A stretch of 64,000 nt of DNA from an uncultured Pirellulaceae bacterium (GCA_964448575.1 CAYUWY010000037.1:7103-71102), one strand, 5' to 3'; counted from the first letter of the stretch, positions 31,856-43,430 are shown. Numbers and translations: made by a program. Notes: generated by a model not told the origin, from the sequence alone.

Positions 31856-32410
31856 ATGCGAAAGTATTTGATTCCCAGCATTCCGATGGCCCACGTTCCA
31901 GGATTGATTCTATTCTGCGTCTTGGGCTGTTTGATCGCGGGAGTGTACGGCGTAATTCACGACCAAGTGACTTACTCGATCGGTCCTGAGTATTTTACGC
32001 AGTTCAAATATGATCAATTTAAGTGGGCGAATTTTGGGTGGGGCGATCGCTTTTTTGTCGGCTCCATCGGGTTCCTTGCGACTTGGTGGGTCGGCCTGAT
32101 TGTGGCTTGGATTTTGACCAGGCGAATGTTGCCCAACCAGTCGTTCTCAGCCGCGGCAAAGAAAATTCTGGCTGGATTTGGCATCGTGTTCTTGACGGGA
32201 TTTGCCACTGGTGCGATCGGGTACGGATACGGTTTGTATCTCGGCCCGGACGCCGACTATTCCCGGTATGACGAAGTGTTCGCAAATTTGGGCGTGACCA
32301 ACGCGTGGGCTTTCTTGCGTGTTGCTTATATTCACAACGCCGGATATTTGGGTGGATTGATTGGTTTGGTGCTGACCTTTTTTTTTAATCCGGCCAGGGG
32401 AAGAAGTTGA
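31856..32410 (+). CDS. Hypothetical membrane protein
   Basis: Four hydrophobic helices, with conserved-looking HDQVTYSI.PEYF and IHNAGY. Confidence 0.7.
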   Translation: MRKYLIPSIPMAHVPGLILFCVLGCLIAGVYGVIHDQVTYSIGPEYFTQFKYDQFKWANFGWGDRFFVGSIGFLATWWVGLIVAWILTRRMLPNQSFSAAAKKILAGFGIVFLTGFATGAIGYGYGLYLGPDADYSRYDEVFANLGVTNAWAFLRVAYIHNAGYLGGLIGLVLTFFFNPARGRS

Positions 32411-32442
32411 TTCCGAATTGCCAAGCTCGGAATCCGGTTTGC

Positions 32443-34113
32443 CTAATTCGGAATAATTCCTGGCAGGTTCAGCCCATTTTCTTTCGCGCATTCAATGGCT
32501 TCTTTGTAACCCGCGTCTGCATGCCGCATCACGCCGCTCGCCGGATCGTTCCACAAGACGCGTTCCAACCGACGATCTGCCGCCTCGGTGCCATCGCAAC
32601 AGATCACCAATCCGGAATGTTGCGAGAACCCCATTCCCACACCGCCACCATGATGAAGCGAAACCCAAGTCGCGCCCGATGCGGTACTCAAAAGTGCGTT
32701 AAGCAATGGCCAGTCGGAAACGGCATCCGAGCCGTCTTTCATGCTTTCGGTTTCCCGGTTGGGCGAAGCAACAGAACCTGAGTCAAGGTGATCGCGACCC
32801 ACGACAACGGGTGCCGACAACTCTCCAGTTCGAACCATTTCATTAAACGCGAGTCCTAATTTATGTCTTACGCCTAACCCGACCCAACAAATTCGCGCGG
32901 GTAAACCTTGAAACGAAATCCGTTCACGTGCCATGTCCAGCCAGTGATGCAAATCAGGATCATCAACAAGCTCTTTGACTTTGGCATCCGTTTTGTAAAT
33001 GTCCTCCGGGTCGCCAGAAAGTGCACACCAGCGGAACGGGCCAATCCCACGGCAGAACAATGGGCGAATATAAGCTGGAACGAAGCCCGGAAAAGCAAAC
33101 GCGGTTTCAAGCCCTTCTTCGAATGCGACTTGGCGAATATTGTTTCCATAGTCGACCGTTGGAATGCCTCGGTTATGGAACTCAACCATCGCCGCGACTT
33201 GATCCCGCATCGACGCGCGGGCCGCTTTTTCAACCGCTTTTGGATCCGTTTTCTGTTTCTCCTGCCACTCGGCCACCGTCCAATTTCGAGGAAGGTAACC
33301 ATGCAGCGGGTCGTGCGCGGACGTTTGGTCGGTAACCAAATCCGGTTTGACGTCACGTTGGACCAATTCAGAAAACACATCCGCAGCGTTTCCGATCACG
33401 CCGACTGATTTTGCTTCACCTGATTTTGTCCACGTCTCGATCATGGAAAGTGCTTCGTCGAGCGAATGAGTTTTTTCGTCGAGGTAGCCCGTTCGCAAGC
33501 GAAAATCGGCTCGCGTTTCGTCACATTCAATCGCCAGGCAACAGGCTTTGGCCATCACAGCGGCCAGCGGTTGAGCGCCGCCCATTCCGCCAAGCCCACC
33601 CGTGAGAATCCACTTTCCAGTAAGGTCGCCATCGTAGTGTTGACGACCGGCTTCCATGAAAGTTTCGTAGGTGCCTTGAACGATGCCTTGGGTGCCGATG
33701 TAAATCCACGATCCAGCCGTCATCTGCCCGTACATCGCCAGGCCTTTTTGGTCGAGCTCGTTAAAGTGCTCCCAAGTCGCCCAGTGCGGAACCAGATTGG
33801 AGTTGGCAATCAAAACGCGAGGGGCGTCTTCGTGAGTTCGAAACACACCAACCGGTTTGCCCGACTGTACCAATAAAGTCTCGTCGGATTCGAGATGGGT
33901 CAGGCTTTCAACAATACGGTCAAAGTCATCCCAAGTCCGAGCCGCGCGGCCGATTCCACCGTACACAACCAGCTCGTTGGGGTTTTCCGCGACATCAGGA
34001 TGCAAGTTATTCATCAACATCCGAAGCGGCGCCTCAGTTAGCCAGCTTTTTGCAGTAAGCTCAGTCCCAGTCGGTGGAACGACATCGCGTCCTCGAAATC
34101 TTTGGTTGTTCAT
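32443..34113 (-). CDS. hutU: Urocanate hydratase
   Basis: [23 protein letters not shown] and [18 protein letters not shown]. Confidence 0.97.
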   Translation of the reverse strand: MNNQRFRGRDVVPPTGTELTAKSWLTEAPLRMLMNNLHPDVAENPNELVVYGGIGRAARTWDDFDRIVESLTHLESDETLLVQSGKPVGVFRTHEDAPRVLIANSNLVPHWATWEHFNELDQKGLAMYGQMTAGSWIYIGTQGIVQGTYETFMEAGRQHYDGDLTGKWILTGGLGGMGGAQPLAAVMAKACCLAIECDETRADFRLRTGYLDEKTHSLDEALSMIETWTKSGEAKSVGVIGNAADVFSELVQRDVKPDLVTDQTSAHDPLHGYLPRNWTVAEWQEKQKTDPKAVEKAARASMRDQVAAMVEFHNRGIPTVDYGNNIRQVAFEEGLETAFAFPGFVPAYIRPLFCRGIGPFRWCALSGDPEDIYKTDAKVKELVDDPDLHHWLDMARERISFQGLPARICWVGLGVRHKLGLAFNEMVRTGELSAPVVVGRDHLDSGSVASPNRETESMKDGSDAVSDWPLLNALLSTASGATWVSLHHGGGVGMGFSQHSGLVICCDGTEAADRRLERVLWNDPASGVMRHADAGYKEAIECAKENGLNLPGIIPN

Positions 34114-34188
34114 GGCAATTGTTCTGACTGAAAACTATCTAAAATTCTGTTTTTCTATTTGTCTAATTTTGATTCTATGCGATCGCGG

Positions 34189-35739
34189 TCACGCACTGAT
34201 CTGCGAGATAAATTCGTTGTCGATTGTTAGTTTTGCCGAATCAATCAACGAACCATCGGCAACCATCGTGGCGGCTTGATCTATCTCGTTGGCAAGAAAG
34301 CGATCATTTTCCAATGATGGTACCACGGATCGAAATTTTTCCATCACGCGTAACAGTGAAGGACTCGTTTTTAACGGAGAACGAAATTCGATTCCTTGAA
34401 TGGCACACATGAATTCAATCGCAACAATCGTGTTCAGGTTGGTATTCATTCGTTGAAGCCGCCGCGCTGCATGGGCGGCCATCGAAACATGATCTTCCTG
34501 ATTGGCAGAAGTCGGTGTTGAATCGGTCGAACAAGCGTGTGCAAGATGCTTGTTTTCACTCATCAGAGCGGCAGTGGTGACTTCCGCGATCATCAATCCT
34601 GAATTCAAACCCGGATCGGGCGTTAGAAACGGCGGAAGGTCAAACGACAAAGTTGGGTCGACCATCAACGCGACTCGGCGTTGGGCAATGGCTCCAATTT
34701 CTGAAATCGCGATTGCAATTTGGTCGGCCGCGAACGCCACTGGCTCAGCATGAAAGTTACCTCCCGACAGAATCAGATTTTTGTCTACGATTACCAACGG
34801 GTTGTCGGTCACCGCGTTGGACTCAATCTCTAGCGTCTGTCCTGCGAATCGCAATAGATCCATCGCAGCGCCAGTGACCTGCGGCTGACAGCGAATACAG
34901 TAAGGGTCTTGCACGCGGGTGTCGCCTTCCCGATGGCTTTCTCTGATTTCGGAGCCGTGCATCAGTTTTCGCATCACGCGAGCCACATCAATTTGCCCAC
35001 GATGCCCGCGAAGATCATGAATCTCTTCCGTCAGTGGAGCCGTTGAGCCCATGATTGCGTCGGTCGAAAGCGCAGACGAAACGATTGCGGTCGCCGCGTT
35101 GCGAACCGCGTCGAAAAAACCGACCAGACAACAGGCTGTAGAAAACTGTGTGCCATTGATCAGCCCAAGGCCTTCCTTTGGGCCAAAGCAAATTGGGTTC
35201 AGTCCAGCCGAACGAAGCGCCTCCGCTGCAGGCATTTTCTTGTCTTCAAAAAACGCTTCTCCTTCACCCATCATCGCAGCGGCCATATGGGCCAAAGGCG
35301 CCAAGTCTCCGGAAGCCCCAACCGACCCTTGAACAGGCACGACGGGAGTCACACCAGCGGACAACATCTGCTCGATCATCTCGATCGTTTCCCAGCGTAC
35401 GCCCGAAGCACCACGTCCGAGCGAAAGCAATTTCAAAGTCATCATCAGTCGCGTTGTCGGAATTTCTAACGCCTCACCCACGCCACAGCAGTGCGAAAGA
35501 ATCAAATTTCGCTGAAGTGTTTCCGTTTCGTTTTGTGGAATCGTGACGTTGGCTAACTTTCCAAATCCCGTGTTGATACCGTATACCGGTTTGTCGCTCG
35601 CAACCGCATTGGCAACGACCTTCGATGCGGCTTCGACAGCCGGTCGGGCGGCGCGATCCAGCTGAACTGAATCACAACTTCGATAGATCTGTTCAAGTTG
35701 CAACAGGGAGACTTTGCCCGGCTTTAGAGTCGTCGTCAA
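34189..35739 (-). CDS. hutH: Histidine ammonia-lyase
   Basis: [17 protein letters not shown] (MIO-forming ASG) and NQEDHVSM. Confidence 0.97.
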   Translation of the reverse strand: MTTTLKPGKVSLLQLEQIYRSCDSVQLDRAARPAVEAASKVVANAVASDKPVYGINTGFGKLANVTIPQNETETLQRNLILSHCCGVGEALEIPTTRLMMTLKLLSLGRGASGVRWETIEMIEQMLSAGVTPVVPVQGSVGASGDLAPLAHMAAAMMGEGEAFFEDKKMPAAEALRSAGLNPICFGPKEGLGLINGTQFSTACCLVGFFDAVRNAATAIVSSALSTDAIMGSTAPLTEEIHDLRGHRGQIDVARVMRKLMHGSEIRESHREGDTRVQDPYCIRCQPQVTGAAMDLLRFAGQTLEIESNAVTDNPLVIVDKNLILSGGNFHAEPVAFAADQIAIAISEIGAIAQRRVALMVDPTLSFDLPPFLTPDPGLNSGLMIAEVTTAALMSENKHLAHACSTDSTPTSANQEDHVSMAAHAARRLQRMNTNLNTIVAIEFMCAIQGIEFRSPLKTSPSLLRVMEKFRSVVPSLENDRFLANEIDQAATMVADGSLIDSAKLTIDNEFISQISA

Positions 35740-36959
35740 ATTATTTCTCCCGAGAGTTTGCCTTTGAATATGCGTTTATAAAGAGGGTTGAAGCCGATTC
35801 GGTAGGCCAATTCGGCTGGGTGTTCAACATCCCAGACCGCCAAATTTGCAATCTTCCCAGCGGCAATCACGCCACAGTCGGATTGGCCCAACGCCAAAGC
35901 CGCGTTTCTCGTTACGCCAGCAAGCGCTTCTTCCGGCGTTAGTCGAAACAGCGTGCAAGCCATATTCATGGCCAACAAAATTGAGGCAAGTGGCGAAGAG
36001 CCGGGATTGCAATCCGTCGCGACCGCCATGTTGACTTTGAGTTTTCGCATTAACTCGACCGGTGGAGCTTGCGTTTCACGAATGGTGTAAAACGCGCCTG
36101 GTAACAGAACGCCAACTATGTCTTTAGCTGCCATTGCTTTGACGTCTTGTTCGTTCGCGTATTCGATATGGTCAACAGAAATGGCGTCGTATTCAGCCGC
36201 CAATTGAGTGCCACCGATGTTGGAAAGCTGCTCGGCGTGAAGCTTCACCGGAATGCCAAGTTGTTTTGCGGCGTCAAACACACGTTGCATCTGAGCAGTC
36301 GAGAATCCAATCCCTTCACAAAACCCGTCAACCGCATCGACAAGGCCTTCCTTGTGGGCCAAGTGTAATGTTGGAATGCAAACTTCGTCAATGTAGTCGT
36401 CTGGCCGGTCGGAAAACTCAGGCGGCACTGCGTGAGCGCCAAGGAAACTTGTTTTGATAGTAACCGGGCGTTTCGTTTCGATTGCTCGGGCAGCACGAAG
36501 CATGTTCAATTCGGTTTCAACATCCAAGCCATATCCAGATTTGACTTCGATTGTTGCAACGCCTTCTGCGATCAAGGCATCAACTCGCGGAAGTGCGGTG
36601 GCGACTAAATCCGAAAGGCTTGCGGTTCGTGTTGCCGAGACCGTTGAGATGATTCCACCGCCTGCTTTGGCAACTTCTTCATAAGTTTTCCCGTTCAGTC
36701 GCATTTCAAATTCGTTTGCCCGATGACCGCCGTACACAACGTGGGTGTGGCAATCGATCAGCGCCGGAGTAACCAGTCGGCCCTCCAAATCGATTGACTG
36801 AGCGCCGGATGCGCTGGGGGGAATCTCGCTGGATTGGCCAAACCATACGATCTTCTCATCATCAACCAAAAGCGCAGCATCATTGATCAGCCCATAAGGC
36901 TCATCGGCAGAACGATCCATCGTTGCCAGTTTGACATTGGCCAAAATAAAAGGGGACAT
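35736..36959 (-). CDS. hutI: Imidazolonepropionase
   Basis: [21 protein letters not shown] and [10 protein letters not shown]. Confidence 0.95.
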   Translation of the reverse strand: MSPFILANVKLATMDRSADEPYGLINDAALLVDDEKIVWFGQSSEIPPSASGAQSIDLEGRLVTPALIDCHTHVVYGGHRANEFEMRLNGKTYEEVAKAGGGIISTVSATRTASLSDLVATALPRVDALIAEGVATIEVKSGYGLDVETELNMLRAARAIETKRPVTIKTSFLGAHAVPPEFSDRPDDYIDEVCIPTLHLAHKEGLVDAVDGFCEGIGFSTAQMQRVFDAAKQLGIPVKLHAEQLSNIGGTQLAAEYDAISVDHIEYANEQDVKAMAAKDIVGVLLPGAFYTIRETQAPPVELMRKLKVNMAVATDCNPGSSPLASILLAMNMACTLFRLTPEEALAGVTRNAALALGQSDCGVIAAGKIANLAVWDVEHPAELAYRIGFNPLYKRIFKGKLSGEII

Positions 36960-37676
36960 TGTAGTTTAATTCTTTCTGGGGCGGCCGCGTGGACGCATGG
37001 TTGATTCTAACCCAAGCCGTTTTGCCGTTCTTTTCTGCCAACGTTCGTTTCCGTAGGGGCGGTTTCGCTGCAAGCACTCCTGCATGGCACTCGATTCGGC
37101 TTCGGATAGTGGTTGGTTGACCCAGTCCAGCCATTTTGCCTTTCTCTTTACCGGCCCCGAATGAAGTTTGACTGGCTCGTAGTCCTTAGGGGGAGTTCCG
37201 GCAGAAGACCATTGCCATTTCTGTGCTTTGCGAACAGGAATTGATTTGGCGCGGACAGGATTTCTTTCTACGTATCGCATCACGGTTAGTAGATGCTCGT
37301 CAGATTGAATTGGAAAGGCTTTGAATCGTCCTTGCCACACATGTCCGGAACTGTCGTAGTGACGATGGTACCTCCTGACGTGAGAAGTCATCAGCCACTG
37401 CATCCAACGACTCAGGTCGCCATCTTCACGTGGCCAGGCTACCAGGTGAAAGTGATTTGGCATTAAACAAAAAGCCAGCAAACGCATCGAGGCACGTTCG
37501 TTGGCTTGGTTGAGCAGTTTTAGAAACGCCCCATAGTCTTCATCGTTGTGGAAAACAGTGTTTCGCGCGTTACCACGATTGAGGACGTGGTAGCAGACAT
37601 TTCCGGCTGAGGCTCTTGCGGTTCTTGGCATGGGAACATCGTAATAAGTCGGAATTAAATTACAATGTCCCTTTTT
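36948..37676 (-). mobile_element. RAYT-type element bounded by 25-bp inverted repeats
   Basis: 36948-36972 AAAAGGGGACATTGTAGTTTAATTC and 37652-37676 GAATTAAATTACAATGTCCCTTTTT match 23/25 as inverted repeats around the transposase. Confidence 0.75.
36966..37631 (-). CDS. REP-associated tyrosine transposase (HUH/Y1)
   Basis: YHVLNRGN, MPNHFHL (HUH), WQGRFK, RYVERNPVRA (catalytic Tyr) and WSS. Confidence 0.92.
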   Translation of the reverse strand: MPRTARASAGNVCYHVLNRGNARNTVFHNDEDYGAFLKLLNQANERASMRLLAFCLMPNHFHLVAWPREDGDLSRWMQWLMTSHVRRYHRHYDSSGHVWQGRFKAFPIQSDEHLLTVMRYVERNPVRAKSIPVRKAQKWQWSSAGTPPKDYEPVKLHSGPVKRKAKWLDWVNQPLSEAESSAMQECLQRNRPYGNERWQKRTAKRLGLESTMRPRGRPRKN

Positions 37677-37778
37677 TGTTTGCTCGTTGACGTAAGTTGT
37701 TGGCGGATCTAGTCACTGGATACTTCGCCGTTGGCAGAACTCGGCCCGCAACGCCAAGTCCGTTTGTAGTGCACGGGG

Positions 37779-37926
37779 TGAGTTTGGCCTACAGCCAAAA
37801 CGGTTGAATCACTCCACACCTAGGGCGATGCCCTAGGTTACGGTGAAAAAAGGCCGTTGGCCAAATGCGCTTGGTGACAAATGTCGCTTGGCGATAAATG
37901 TGTTTGGCGGCAAATGTGTTTGGCGT
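37779..37926. repeat. Half REPIN copy followed by four imperfect 16-17-bp tandem units
   Basis: 37779-37865 is nearly identical to 15844-15931. It is followed by four (C/T)AAATG..TTGG units. Confidence 0.75.
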
Positions 37927-38279
37927 TGATGGCCAACGCGCTGTGTTTGCCAAGATCTACTTGCCGACCAATTTCGAAACTCGCTGGACCAGCGAGACGT
38001 ACGCCTATGGCGGTGGTGCCGCCCGTTCCTACCGCATTGCATTCGCCTCCACTTAAGCGCCAATTGTGGTGAGGTCGCAAAAAGCGGCCAACTGAATCAA
38101 CAAGGCCCGAGCTCTTATATGCTTTATCCAAGCCGCACTTGTAATCGCTACAACTCTAACGACCGATTGTCGGATCGATTAGAAAGCACTGAAACAGAAG
38201 GAATTACTTGGTTTCTGTGACCTAGAGTTAAGTAACCGATCCGCCTGAATAACCTTCCCTCTGTATTGGCTATTTTTCC

Positions 38280-39383
38280 ATGAGTCGTCTGCTATCTCGT
38301 ATCTTCCCCGCAATGGTTTATTCGGTCGCGGTGATCGCTTTGTCAGTTTGGCTGTTAGATGGCTGGGGATTTCTGTGGGCAGGATGTGTCTTGTCGTTCT
38401 GGGGTTGCTGGTTATGGTTTTCAGATGAAAACAACTTGCGTGTGCCTGCAGTAGTTCTCTACTTGAGCATGGTCGCTTGGCCAATTGGGATGTTTTATTG
38501 GGGGCCGCCGCTGCTTTCGATGGCGGATGTCGACAAAACAGGACGGTATCACGTTGGCAATGAAATCAGGCAGTTGACTTTGGCAATGTTAAATTACGAG
38601 GCGGCTCATGGTCACTTGCCTCCGGTGTTTAAAGTAGATGATCAAGGACGGCCACTACACAGTTGGCGAGTTTTGGTACTGCCGTTTTTCGGTGACGAAC
38701 AAGGTGACGAGATCTATCGCCAATATCGCATGGATCAGCCTTGGGATAGCCCTCATAATTTGGCAGTGGCCGGTCAGTTAAAAGAGTCGCTATTCGGTGA
38801 TGAAAAAGATCCAACAATGGCGACTTATAAATTGGTATCAGGGCCGGGAACGCCATTTGATGCTGACTCAGAATACAAGTTAGGAAGTTATAGTTCAGAG
38901 CAGATCGGGATCGTAGAAGATATCAAATCACCGGTGTTGTGGACGAAGCCCGAAGATTTATCGCCAGAACAAGTCGTGACAATTTTTGATGCAAATAACA
39001 ACCCCGACGGTTTATACAAACAGCATGGCAACGAATGGTCTGGAACGTATACGCGTAAATCTTGGCTGGGGTTTTTAAATGGCTATGTTGAAAAGGCCCG
39101 CCCGTTGGCTGATTCAAGCCAACTGATGCCGTTTTGCCTTTTGGATCAAAAGCCGGTGAAATCGTTCAATGAACTCCCAGTTGGAGATGTCGCCTTTGTC
39201 GAAAGGCAGGCTGCAGGCGGCTCGGCAGGTTTGGGATGGCTAGGTTTACTTGGGCTGATGTTTTTTCCAGCGGTTGGTGAGCGGTGGTCTCGTTTTGCAG
39301 GTGTTTTTTCCGTTGCATTTTTATGTGCCACGGGGACATCCATCCTGGCCGTACTGATACCAATTTGCATTCAGTTGTTTTAG
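38280..39383 (+). CDS. Membrane protein with DUF1559-like domain
   Basis: LAMLNYEAAHGHLPP, PLHSWRVLVLP, PWDSPHN and WTKPED. Confidence 0.8.
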   Translation: MSRLLSRIFPAMVYSVAVIALSVWLLDGWGFLWAGCVLSFWGCWLWFSDENNLRVPAVVLYLSMVAWPIGMFYWGPPLLSMADVDKTGRYHVGNEIRQLTLAMLNYEAAHGHLPPVFKVDDQGRPLHSWRVLVLPFFGDEQGDEIYRQYRMDQPWDSPHNLAVAGQLKESLFGDEKDPTMATYKLVSGPGTPFDADSEYKLGSYSSEQIGIVEDIKSPVLWTKPEDLSPEQVVTIFDANNNPDGLYKQHGNEWSGTYTRKSWLGFLNGYVEKARPLADSSQLMPFCLLDQKPVKSFNELPVGDVAFVERQAAGGSAGLGWLGLLGLMFFPAVGERWSRFAGVFSVAFLCATGTSILAVLIPICIQLF

Positions 39384-39457
39384 ATGGAACGAGTGAATCG
39401 AGTTCTCGCGAGTGATGTTCCAATGAGCTTTTTCGGTTGAAGGATCAGCCGCGAAGA

Positions 39458-39660
39458 TTTAACGCAAAGACGCAAAGACGCAAAGACGCAAAGACGCAAA
39501 GACGCAAAGACGCGAAGATGCAAACATGCAAAGCGTTTTAAAGAAAAACAACATCGTCGCGCTGAGGGATCCGAATCAAACGCTCGGCTATTTTCGTCAA
39601 GGATCACGGCAGCTCCTATAGTCGCTGAGCGTCTTTGCGCCTTCGCGTCTTTGCGTTGAA
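39458..39660. repeat. ACGCAAAG octamer tract with inverted partner (REP/MITE-like)
   Basis: Six perfect and three degenerate ACGCAAAG units at 39462-39533, inverted arm at 39629-39660, and a partial copy at about 39777-39814. Confidence 0.85.
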
Positions 39661-39947
39661 AAATGTTTGCGTATCGTTGATAACAAAGCGTTTGCGATCT
39701 CACGTGCTTAAGCGAGGCGGAATCCATGGACGCATCAGCAAGATGTTATTGAGCTTTTTGGCCGAACGATTGACCACGAAGATTTAACGCAAAGATGCAA
39801 AGGCGCAAAGATGCTTCCTTAATAAGACCCGTGAGGCTGGAGCTGATATCAACCCCGTTGTTTCAATCCAGACTGATCCGATACAATTCAGGAAACTGAG
39901 TTGGTGGAACATCAGAGTTGCGGAATCAGAGTCTCGGAAATTAAGGC

Positions 39948-41279
39948 ATGGGGATCAAAACTTACGGCATGGCGTTTATGTCACGCTGGCAATCTGCACT
40001 CCATTCAGTGTTGGGGCAGGAGGATAATGACGTCGCTGAAAGCCTCTCGTCAGAACACCCGGCCATGATCGCCAGCTGCGAAGCATGCGAGCAACTCAAA
40101 GCACGTCTCATGGCGGGCGAAGACAACGATATCGCCCAGGCTGTCACCACGAAATCACTTGTGGCCAATTGTGCCCACATGTACGTTGGCTTGATCGCAG
40201 CAAAAGTCATGGGCAACACCGAACGCGTACGCGAACTCGAATCGGAAATCCGATTTTCGGTTTGCGACCCGCTGTGGGCCAAAACGCTATTCGAATTCGA
40301 CAACAATCATAAAGACATTCCCTATCGTCACTATGAATCGCTGGACGATTTCGTCATGCCGCTCGTTGGACGACCGGGGAACGTTGACGCCGACAAAGTG
40401 AAAATCGCCTTCCTTTCTGATTGGGGAACCGGCACACCGCTGGCGAAAAACGTCATGCGATGTATCGCTGAGCAGCAGCCGGACATACTGATTCATCTGG
40501 GTGACGTGTACTACTCCGGCACCAAGTCCGAGATGAAACGACACTTTCTGGATATCGTTCGCGACTACCTTCCGGCCGACACTCAAGTATTCAATCTGGC
40601 AGGCAACCACGACTTGTACGCCGGCGGTGAAGGGTACTACTGGCTACTGGATGAACTTGGTCAACCCGCCAGCTACTTTTGCTTACGCAACGAACACTGG
40701 CAGATCCTTGGCGTCGGTGCACCTCCACAGGTTGGGAAACCGACCGATGCAATTTCGGCCATCCCATCCGTAGAAGCCAAAGAAGTACAGTGGCATCAGC
40801 ATAAACTCAGTGGTGCTGATGGCCGCAAGTCAGTCATGTTGTCACATTACCAGCTGTTCACTGCTTCTGGAAACATCGGCAGAACAGAGGACAACCGTCC
40901 GCTGGCGCTCAACCCAGTGCTCTACGAAGCCTTCAAGTCTCACGTGTCCGACATTGATTTGTGGCTGTGGGGGCACGAGCACAACATGGTTGCTTTTGAA
41001 CCGTATGCAGGGCTGAGCAAAGGTCGTTGCATAGGATCCGGGGCGATCCCGGTGGCGCTGCATTGGCAGCCTTACAAACAACTGCACAATCTTGCGTTGC
41101 CAGAACAATTTAATTCAGCACCACAGATAATCCCTGAATGCCAGCTAGGCCATGACGGCGATCATTACCATCACGCATTTTGCATGTTATCGATTGATGG
41201 TGCCCGTGGTGAAATGAACTATTTCCAAGTCGAAGGCGTCGATGGTGACGCGACATTAATCTATACGGAGTCACTTTAA
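39948..41279 (+). CDS. Calcineurin-like metallophosphoesterase
   Basis: SDWG, HLGDVYY, GNHD, SH and WGHEH. Confidence 0.85.
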   Translation: MGIKTYGMAFMSRWQSALHSVLGQEDNDVAESLSSEHPAMIASCEACEQLKARLMAGEDNDIAQAVTTKSLVANCAHMYVGLIAAKVMGNTERVRELESEIRFSVCDPLWAKTLFEFDNNHKDIPYRHYESLDDFVMPLVGRPGNVDADKVKIAFLSDWGTGTPLAKNVMRCIAEQQPDILIHLGDVYYSGTKSEMKRHFLDIVRDYLPADTQVFNLAGNHDLYAGGEGYYWLLDELGQPASYFCLRNEHWQILGVGAPPQVGKPTDAISAIPSVEAKEVQWHQHKLSGADGRKSVMLSHYQLFTASGNIGRTEDNRPLALNPVLYEAFKSHVSDIDLWLWGHEHNMVAFEPYAGLSKGRCIGSGAIPVALHWQPYKQLHNLALPEQFNSAPQIIPECQLGHDGDHYHHAFCMLSIDGARGEMNYFQVEGVDGDATLIYTESL

Positions 41280-42676
41280 TGACCACCAAGTATGACGTTG
41301 TAATCATTGGAGCCGGTGGCGGTGGTATTACCGCAGCCTTCGAAGCGTACCGTCAGGGTGCCAAAGTAGCGCTTTTGGAAAAGCACAAAATTGGTGGCGA
41401 GTGTACGCACTCCGGCTGTGTTCCTTCCAAAGCATTGATCGATGTTGCCAAGCATTACCACAGCATCAAGACCGCCACGCATCACGGGCTGCACTCGATC
41501 GATGTGGAAAGCGGTTTTGAATTCAAGCGAGCGATGGAGCACGTCAAAAGCATCATCGATGGCATCTACGAACACGAAAAGCCCAAAGTTTTCAATGACA
41601 TTGGCATTGATACTTTCGTTGATGATTCCGGTGCCAAGTTCATCGACGATCATACCGTCGAGATCGGCGGTCAAACCGTCAGCGGCACGCACATCATCAT
41701 CGCGACAGGCTCTGCTCCGCGCATGCTGCCGACAGATCCGGACAATCCCGTTGAGATGCTCAACAACGAAAATTTCTGGGCGCTTCGAAAACAGCCGGAG
41801 AGCATTGCCTTCCTGGGTGGTGGTGTCATTTCCGCCGAGCTGGGGCAATCGTTGGCCCGCTTCGGTACGAAAGTAAAAATCATTGATCGCAATCCGCAGA
41901 TTCTCAGCGCCATCGATCCAGACATCCGTCAATACATCATCAAAGTATTCGAAGAGATGGGTATTGAGATGATCACAGATGCCCAAGCCAACATCTGCTC
42001 AATGCACAGCGACGGAAAAATTTGCCTCGACATTGAACAGGGCCCGGAAGGTAATAAAACCGAGAGCCATCTAATGGTCGACGAATTGTTTGTCGCGATT
42101 GGCAGAGTGCCCAATCTGGGCGGACTCAACCTTGAAGCCGCCGGTATCGAATACACTCCTCACGGCATTACCGTCAATGAAAAGATGCAAACCAGCGTCC
42201 CACACATCTGTGCGCTTGGTGACGTTGCGTCTCGAGCAAAGTTCAGCCATGTTGCCAACTATCAAGGCGAACTGGTCGTGCGAAACATGCTTACCGAAGC
42301 CGACAGAAACGTCGAACTAAACCCTTTGCCTTGGGGCATCTTCACCGATCCCGAAGTCGGTCACGTCGGCCTGACCGAAGCGGAGGCACGCAAGAAACAC
42401 GAGGGCGTCCAAACCTATTCGGTTGACGCAGCAACTGACCGATTCATCACCGACAGCAAGCAGGGTGGCCTGTTAAAAATCGTGTTCGATTCCGAGAACC
42501 GAATTCTCGGCGCCACTGGTGTTGGAGCTCACGCCGGCGAATGGGTTCAATGCCTAACCTTGGCCGTGAAACATGGTCTCAAAGCAGAGGATATCGCCGA
42601 CACGATCTTCGCTTACCCAACCTACACGGAACTCGTCAAAAAAGTCTGCTCTCGATTTTTGCGTACTTTGAAATAA
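41279..42676 (+). CDS. Class I pyridine nucleotide-disulfide oxidoreductase (Lpd/MerA-like family)
   Basis: GAGGGG, GGECTHSGCVPSK, GGGVI and GD. Ends FAYPTYTE with no C-terminal Cys pair. Confidence 0.88.
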   Translation: MTTKYDVVIIGAGGGGITAAFEAYRQGAKVALLEKHKIGGECTHSGCVPSKALIDVAKHYHSIKTATHHGLHSIDVESGFEFKRAMEHVKSIIDGIYEHEKPKVFNDIGIDTFVDDSGAKFIDDHTVEIGGQTVSGTHIIIATGSAPRMLPTDPDNPVEMLNNENFWALRKQPESIAFLGGGVISAELGQSLARFGTKVKIIDRNPQILSAIDPDIRQYIIKVFEEMGIEMITDAQANICSMHSDGKICLDIEQGPEGNKTESHLMVDELFVAIGRVPNLGGLNLEAAGIEYTPHGITVNEKMQTSVPHICALGDVASRAKFSHVANYQGELVVRNMLTEADRNVELNPLPWGIFTDPEVGHVGLTEAEARKKHEGVQTYSVDAATDRFITDSKQGGLLKIVFDSENRILGATGVGAHAGEWVQCLTLAVKHGLKAEDIADTIFAYPTYTELVKKVCSRFLRTLK

Positions 42677-42704
42677 GACGGAACGCTGCCTGAATTTGCG
42701 TCAC

Positions 42705-43328
42705 TCAAGAAGTTGTTGTCTCTCGATGGTCGTGCCATTCAATCGTGACACCGGATTGGTCAACTGGGATTGTAGCGAACCACTGCTTGAGTTCTTGTAC
42801 ATCAAATTCGACGACAGGGATTAGTGTAGCATCCGGTTTGAATCGGATCATCACGCCGCGTTTCTTGCATTTGCCCAAGTTTTCAATGTCGGCAAGACGT
42901 TTCCCGTGCTCGTAAGTAAGTCGATAGTGGGTGTTGTCGTGAAAGTTATTGAGTTCGAATCTCTCGCAGCACGCATTCAACGCTGTCATTCCATTTTTGC
43001 AGACGTGGGCATTTACGTAATCACTTGCGGCATGCTCAGCACAAAACGCAAGTCGCTCAGCAACAAATAGCATTGCAGATGAATCTTGCAATTCAGTTTT
43101 AACGTCAACGCCAAGTGGTTCGCCATTGTGAGTGACCGTGGCGAATCCATTTGCGCAAAATTCTGATGTCAGCCGGGTGCAGTTTCCAGCCGCGATTTGG
43201 TCGATCGCAAGGCAGTATGCTTCACGAGCCATGCAGTTGGCGACAAGGGCAGATTCAAGATTGAAGTACAAGCCCGGACGACGACGAACGGAAGCAAGGT
43301 CGGTAATGCGTTCAATATCTTTTGCCAT
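42705..43328 (-). CDS. Stand-alone divergent GyrB/ParE N-terminal (GHKL-like) domain protein
   Basis: LASVRRRPGLY resembles GyrB LEAVRKRPGMY. AID, NG and IRFKPD align with the GyrB ATPase domain. The protein is only 207 aa. Confidence 0.65.
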   Translation of the reverse strand: MAKDIERITDLASVRRRPGLYFNLESALVANCMAREAYCLAIDQIAAGNCTRLTSEFCANGFATVTHNGEPLGVDVKTELQDSSAMLFVAERLAFCAEHAASDYVNAHVCKNGMTALNACCERFELNNFHDNTHYRLTYEHGKRLADIENLGKCKKRGVMIRFKPDATLIPVVEFDVQELKQWFATIPVDQSGVTIEWHDHRETTTS

Positions 43329-43340
43329 GCTACTTAAATG

Positions 43341-43430
43341 AGATAACGTCCGAGATCACCGAGCCGGAACGATAATCATCCACTTCAAAAACACGCGCAA
43401 GTCCGGATTCGCGTACATCAAATTGCTGTC
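43341..43430. repeat. attC-like imperfect palindrome
   Basis: GATAAC..GATCAC CGAGCCGGA / TCCGGATTCG GTACATC..GCTGTC. Its core is shared with 44232-44284. Confidence 0.55.

Noticed and set aside
39380-39727. 115-aa ORF with LRLCVFAS repeats
   Set aside because: It is a translation of the ACGCAAAG octamer tract.
41279-42676. Mercuric reductase (merA) call
   Set aside because: No C-terminal Cys-Cys pair, no NmerA domain and no mer genes nearby.
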